Source of the DNA: Amoebidium appalachense
Taxonomy: Eukaryota > Protista > Ichthyosporea
Direction of reading: 5' to 3'
DNA length: 64,000 nucleotides
NCBI GenBank assembly: GCA_963693365.1
Contig: CAVNZM010000004.1
Location: forward strand, 11,436,468-11,500,467
A model generated the notes under the pieces. That model ran no database searches. It worked only from the letters and a program-made list of their open reading frames with translations, and was not told where the DNA came from. This document shows positions 58,651 to 64,000 of the stretch, in pieces (position 1 is the stretch's first letter; each line of letters opens with the position of its first letter). The position numbers were made by a program, and so were the translations under genes.

Positions 58651-59701
58651 TTTCACACACACACACACACACACACACAAACACGAACACAAACACACAC
58701 ACACGTGTACTCTGGACCCCTGCAGCCGACCAATGCTGTAAGCAACCCCCCCCCCCCCCCCCCCCCCCACCACCACCACCAATGCAGCCACACCGGCATT
58801 CAGTAGCTATGGAAGTTCACCGATTAATGGATCCATTCGTCATGCATGTGCATATGCATAGGCCGCCTTAGTCTGTGTAGGTAGTTAGTCCCATCTTATT
58901 GGCTCAAGGTCATGGGCCCGGCAATGGGTGCACCTCATTGGTCCCTCGTCAGATTGTCATTGCACTCAGTCTACAGATGGGGCCAGTCACCCCTGCCCGT
59001 TCCCCCGCCGGTGCACGTCAAGCACGACCTAACCCCCATCCTCTGCAGACTTCTGGAACAGTGCATGCAGTAACCCCAGTGCGGGTACGGTGCGGCCCAA
59101 CGGCACGCTGGACGACTGCTACCTAGACTGCCGGTGGCCCCGCAGCACCACGTGTGCAGGCATCGAGTACACAGGGAAGGGCATCTGCAGGCACTATAGT
59201 CCTGCAGCCCCGTGCATGAGGGTCAATGGCACAGGCATTGTGGTCTTCAAAGGTACCATACCCGCCCAATCAAAGCCCACCATGCCTGTTAAAGATACTA
59301 GCACCATAACTGTTAAAGAAACTTGACCCATCATTGAAGAAACGTGCACCATGTTCTGTTAAAGAAACTAGACCCATCATGATGAAGAAACGTGCACCAT
59401 GCCTGTTAAAGCAACTAGTATTCAAGAAACGTGCACCATGCCTATTAAAGCAACTAGTATTCAAGAAACGTGCACCATGCGTGTTAAAGCCTTCGATATT
59501 AGCACCATGCCTGTTAAAGAGTACTAGACCCATTCACATTCCTGCTAAAAAAACTTGACCCATGTCTGTTAATGAAACGAGACCCATGCCTGTTAAAAGA
59601 CTAGCAATACCATCTCTGGATCCAGGGCACGTAACCAACCACACTCTAACTCCCCTCCTGCCGCAGACCGAACGCTAGACTGCCTTCCCAACATCTACTA
59701 G
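54055..59701 (+). CDS. Secreted protein: signal peptide, acidic linker, six thrombospondin type-1 repeats and a C-terminal PAN/apple-like domain
   Basis: Exons 54055-54400, 55238-55468, 55787-55957, 56265-56435, 56734-56918, 57301-57471, 57939-58100, a candidate microexon 58726-58737, 59049-59252 and 59667-59701. Each TSP1 has [N/D]GxWxxW...CSxxCGGG..R.R.C..P.P..GG..C.G...CN...C (the sixth is degenerate). The PAN-like part reads DDCYLDC...TCAGIEY..KGIC. There is a G-run frameshift at 56802-56811, and the 3' exons are less certain. Confidence 0.8.
54740..55129. mobile_element. Foldback-like MITE with an internal palindromic minisatellite, in TSP1-gene intron 1
   Basis: TIRs AGGACCCAACCGCATCGGCAGAGTCAACTTGC versus the reverse complement AGGGCCCAACCGTTATCAGCTGAGTCAACTTGC. 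The interior consists of about 20-21-nt TCTGCTTTTAGCAGA-type units. TTAA on the left only. Confidence 0.75.
59275..59610. repeat. Minisatellite in the predicted last intron of the TSP1 gene
   Basis: Recurrent CCATGCCTGTTAAAG(A/C)AACTAG and AAGAAACGTGCACCATG units. Confidence 0.85.
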
Positions 59702-60224
59702 CCAGCCAATCAGATGCTTCCGCATGTTCTGCTCCGGCCAACCAACAGTATGACATATTAGCCATGTTTGGTTATTCCGGTGTAACCGATTCAAGCAAAC
59801 TTTAGGCTTTGCATTCGCAAACGGGGTTAAACACACCCCACACGAACACACTTGTGCACACACAAGTAGCAGGTATCATATCACATGTAGGACCTTGGAC
59901 ACATGAGAACATCTTTCTCGGTAATGCATGATGTAGTGTATTATATTTGAGTGTAAATAGCAAGACAGAATGCAAATTTCAAGTACTTAGCATGTATTCA
60001 TATAACAGTGCAAGGCCGCGTGTGCAAGTACATGTAGACACGAAGAGCACCAAACAGTGCCAGCAAGAAGCATATAGCTGCCAGACCACCAATAAAAACG
60101 ACTGATCACATCTGGGGCTGCTTACTCTCTAGTATCCCTTGTTCTTCCTGTCTTGCATGCATCCTTGTGTACGTCTGTGTTTTGCATCTTGACAAAAATA
60201 TGCATCCCAGAGGTCTTTTGTCCT

Positions 60225-60306
<82 letters not shown>

Positions 60307-60351
60307 TTGGGTGGGTGGGTGGGGGCGGGGTGTGTGTGTGGGTGGGTGGGT

Positions 60352-60388
<37 letters not shown>

Positions 60389-60939
60389 CCATATTAGTGT
60401 GCGCTTGGGGTGGATAGAGAAAAAGGAGTTCTAAGTGAGGGGACAGGCCAAGCAATGCCCTGAACAGCTGACATGGCAGGAAACACAAACCAGCAGCCAC
60501 GGGGATTGAATAGTTGCAGCCAGGGTGGCGAAACGGAATGGGCGCGGGGGGGGGGAGGGGGGGGGGGGGGGGGGGGGAGGTGGGGGGGAGGGAAGGGGGA
60601 GGGAGGGGGGGGGGGGGGGGGGGGGGACTGGACTGTACAAACAGGTGGAATTGTTCTCACCGTCCTACCAGTCCTTTGTTTCTGCTTGGCTTTTGCTATG
60701 TAGTTGAGCGAAGAGTCTGGTTCACAACAGTAAATTTTTGGTCTCCTCCTTCCAAACACACACTTCGACAAACACCGTGCCTGCACTTTAATCATGATGC
60801 TGGCGCATGCCATATTAACTGTCTGAAGCATGAAGATGTGTACATGCACAAGCCGCGCTGTGTGCATGCCGCATATATCTCGTTTTTCTTTCTTTCTTTC
60901 CTTTTTCCTTTTCTCGTTCTTTTTTATTTTATTTGTGTT

Positions 60940-60990
<51 letters not shown>

Positions 60991-60992
60991 TT
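60940..60992. repeat. (TTTA)n microsatellite
   Basis: Run of TTTA/TTAT units. Confidence 0.9.
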
Positions 60993-61148
60993 TGGGGGGG
61001 GGGAGGGGGAGACCATGCTGCGCATGTGTCTGTGGCAGTGTGTGTGGGCAGGTGCACGTGCATGTATTCAATGTGTGCGTGTGTATATGTGGAAACACAT
61101 CTGTTGACACGGGCATGCACCTGCAGATGTGTGCATTTATCTGAGGCC

Positions 61149-61179
<31 letters not shown>

Positions 61180-61960
61180 CATGCAGAAATGTGGCTGAGC
61201 CCACGTGCACATGTGTGTGGCTGTGCATCTTTTTATTTTCTATCCCGTTTTGTTCACGATTGGACCCTTGGGGCCCCTCAGAGGAACTACCGTCTATCAC
61301 CCAGCACCGACTATACTCTCGATAGGGTGTACGGTGCCATTAGCTCAGCTAACACACCACTACCAATCCTAACTATTCGTACACACTTAGCCCAGGGTTT
61401 TCACCCCAGCCTTGCCGGCGGGTACACCAGGCTCCCTCTCACTCAAAACCTACGAATAATCTTTAAACACGGGCTCTCATTGGTTCATCTACGGTGGTGG
61501 AATGTGGGGTATGGCTTTGGTGGTGTTTACGATGGGTATGGGTGTATGGTGGGGTCTGGTGATGGGGGGATGCTCTCTAAGTGATTTCAAATTTATTTCA
61601 ATGGGAGGTTGGGGCGTAAATATCGACGTCCCCCCTAGTGTTCCCCCCCCCCCCCCCCCCCCCACCCCCCAGGTAGCCGCATTGGTTTGTTGGTTCCCCT
61701 CCCCCCCTTTCCCCCCAACCCACCCACCCCAAGGGGGAGGGACCCACCTGGGCGAGTGGCGTGGTGGCGCCCCCTCCCCCCTCCTCCCCCCCCCCCCCCC
61801 CCACACACACACATACACACAATCACTCCCCCTCCCCCCCGCTTCCCCCTGCTCCTGGGCCGCGTGCGCGTGATCATGGCCAGAGTCTCTTTTCCACTCA
61901 CCAAAGGTTAACGCACATGCACACACGCACACACGCACATGCACACACACGCGCGAGCGT

Positions 61961-61995
<35 letters not shown>

Positions 61996-61997
61996 GT

Positions 61998-62029
<32 letters not shown>

Positions 62030-64000
62030 ATGACACACACACACACCACACACACAAGCACAGCGCTGCACGTGCACAGACACTTTCCACCCCTTCGTGC
62101 TGGTGCTTTTCTTCTGCCGAATGCATCCTCTTTGTGTGCTCTTTGCAAGGTCTGCTTCGTGTTGTCCGCGGCAAATGTGTACTGTCAATATGCTCTTTAC
62201 ATAACATTTTCTAACGACCCCCCCACCCCCCCCGGCCCCTGGCCTTACCGCTCCCGCTCCTCTCAGATCCTCCCCCCCCTCCCCCCCCCCCTCCCCCTTC
62301 CCCCCCCCCCCCCCCTTCCTCTGAGTCACCCTGCTCATTTACACAGGTAAAATATACATTAATGCACGTGCACACATGCGGCCAACTATTTTTAAAATAT
62401 GAATTGTTGGGGGCAAGGATATCGTGCTGACCATCGTGCAGTGCTCATGTGCGTATCTGTGTGGCGGAGAATGTATGTGTGTGTGGTGTGGGTTTGCATA
62501 TCCACATGTTCAACGTGTATGTCGGGTGATCATCGTTGGTTAAAGTTTGTGCACCTCGTGTGCGTGTGTGGTTCATGCCTGTGCAGGTACGGATGAACTA
62601 AATACGTGTGAAAGCGTGCGCGCGCCTGCGCAGTGGGTGCGGGGGGGGAAATGGAGACAAGTGTGAGAATAGGGAGCAGGGGGCGGGGGGGGAGGGGGGA
62701 GGGGGAACAGGGGGGCCGGGGGAGGGGGAGAGGGGGAAGGGGGACCCTGGGTCGTGGGGAGGGGGGGGGGGGGGGAGGGGGGAGGAGAACGAATTTCAGC
62801 ATATAGCCTGAGTTTCAGGTGATCAAGGACTCCTATTAGTTAGCCTCTATGTTTACGTTTTGGCAATGTATGTAAACCGCTGTTAAACTATAGTGCTATT
62901 ATATGATCAGGTTATCTGATATACATAGTCACATGATGGCAGCATATGGGGTGGGTTCCCCCCCTCCCCCCTCCCCCCCCCCCCCCCCCTCCCCCCCTCC
63001 CCCTTGGAGGCACCCACCTACTCAGGTGGGTGGTGGGTCCCTTCCCCCTCCCACCCACCTCCCTCCCCCTGCTAGCTGGAGGGGTGGGTGGATCGGGGCC
63101 CCCCAAAAAAATTACTACTACCCCTCTGAGGCTCCCCGTGTCAGAATCAAGAATCCCTAACAGGATGTGGTTTTGTACGTGGCGTGTGGCTACGGTGTAG
63201 TAGTCTATTAATCGGATCTTGCACGCCGTCAGCCGTGTGGGTCTGTATGTGTGTCTGCAGTGGGGACATGCTGGCTGCGTGTGTGTGGCCTGTGTATGTG
63301 CGTGCGTGCGTGCGTGTGTGTGTGTGTTTGTGTTGGGGCTCGGTGGGGTGTGGCTGTGCATCTGTGGCGGGATTTTTATGTGTGCACATGTATCTGATGC
63401 TGTGTGTGAAGTTTGCATTGAACCTCATGTCTAGCTGCATGTGTGCATGCATGTGTGTGACTGCATGTGTGTATGCACGTGTGACTGCACGTGTGTTTGC
63501 ATGTGTGGCTGCTGAGTGTTGTACCTGAGAGCATTGCCTCGCCATTGACGGGACCATTGAGCTAGTAAAGCACTAGGAAGTCCCACTATGCTATCGGCTA
63601 GAGACCGATTCTCACGGGCTATGGAGCAAACATATAGCAATAAGGGTTTTGTGTATGCGGGCGCCTTTTGCGTTAAATGTATTAGAGATGCGTGTTTTGT
63701 GTTGTGCGTGTAAAAATCGGTCCATGCGTGTGTGGAGGAGGGGAGCGTCGTGGGGTTTGGGGTGAGGGGGGAGTGTGGTGCGCATGCATTAGAGAGATAT
63801 TGGTTGGGTTGGGGAACAAGTGGAGGTCAGGAGAGCGTTGGATTGAGAATAGGTGACGGAAAGTGGGTGGTTGGGTGCACTGTGTTAAAAGCATATGTGA
63901 AAGGGGGGTTTACGCTGTTTACTCGAGGCAAAGAGAGACAAGTCTCAGGTCTGGGGGTATTTTGCTCCTCGGAGTATCCCCTCAGCGGTATATCATGATC

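Noticed and set aside
60050-63700. Possible minus-strand gene with exon-like islands (about 60650-60715, 61840-61890, 62085-62190)
   Set aside because: No recognisable domain and no unambiguous phase-consistent exon chain could be built.

Overview
Intron-rich eukaryotic genomic DNA. Introns are packed with poly-C/poly-G tracts and (CA)n/(GT)n repeats, so most ORFs in the supplied track are low-complexity artefacts. Gene content suggests a unicellular holozoan, possibly an ichthyosporean (inference only). I rebuilt the genes by hand from GT-AG exons: the 3' end of a probable secreted glycoprotein (+), an ANKRD13C-like gene (-, 9 exons), a small ankyrin protein head-to-head with it (+, 5 exons), a secreted TIMP/NTR plus pacifastin-like protein (-, 4 exons), a mitochondrion-targeted OsmC-family peroxidase (+, 6 exons), an MLX-like bHLH-ZIP (-, partial), the PRC2 subunit EED (+, 13 exons) and a secreted 6xTSP1 plus PAN/apple protein (+). 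A very young full-length Ty1/Copia element (47604-52531, CCCTT TSD) lies about 475 bp downstream of EED. There are three MITE-like families and several minisatellites. The most novel signals are: (1) a structured repeat family, found only in introns in host-sense orientation, with variable 5' ends and a common 3' end abutting C-tracts; (2) the TIMP-pacifastin fusion, a possible dual protease inhibitor; (3) a strong polarity in the composite homopolymer tracts.
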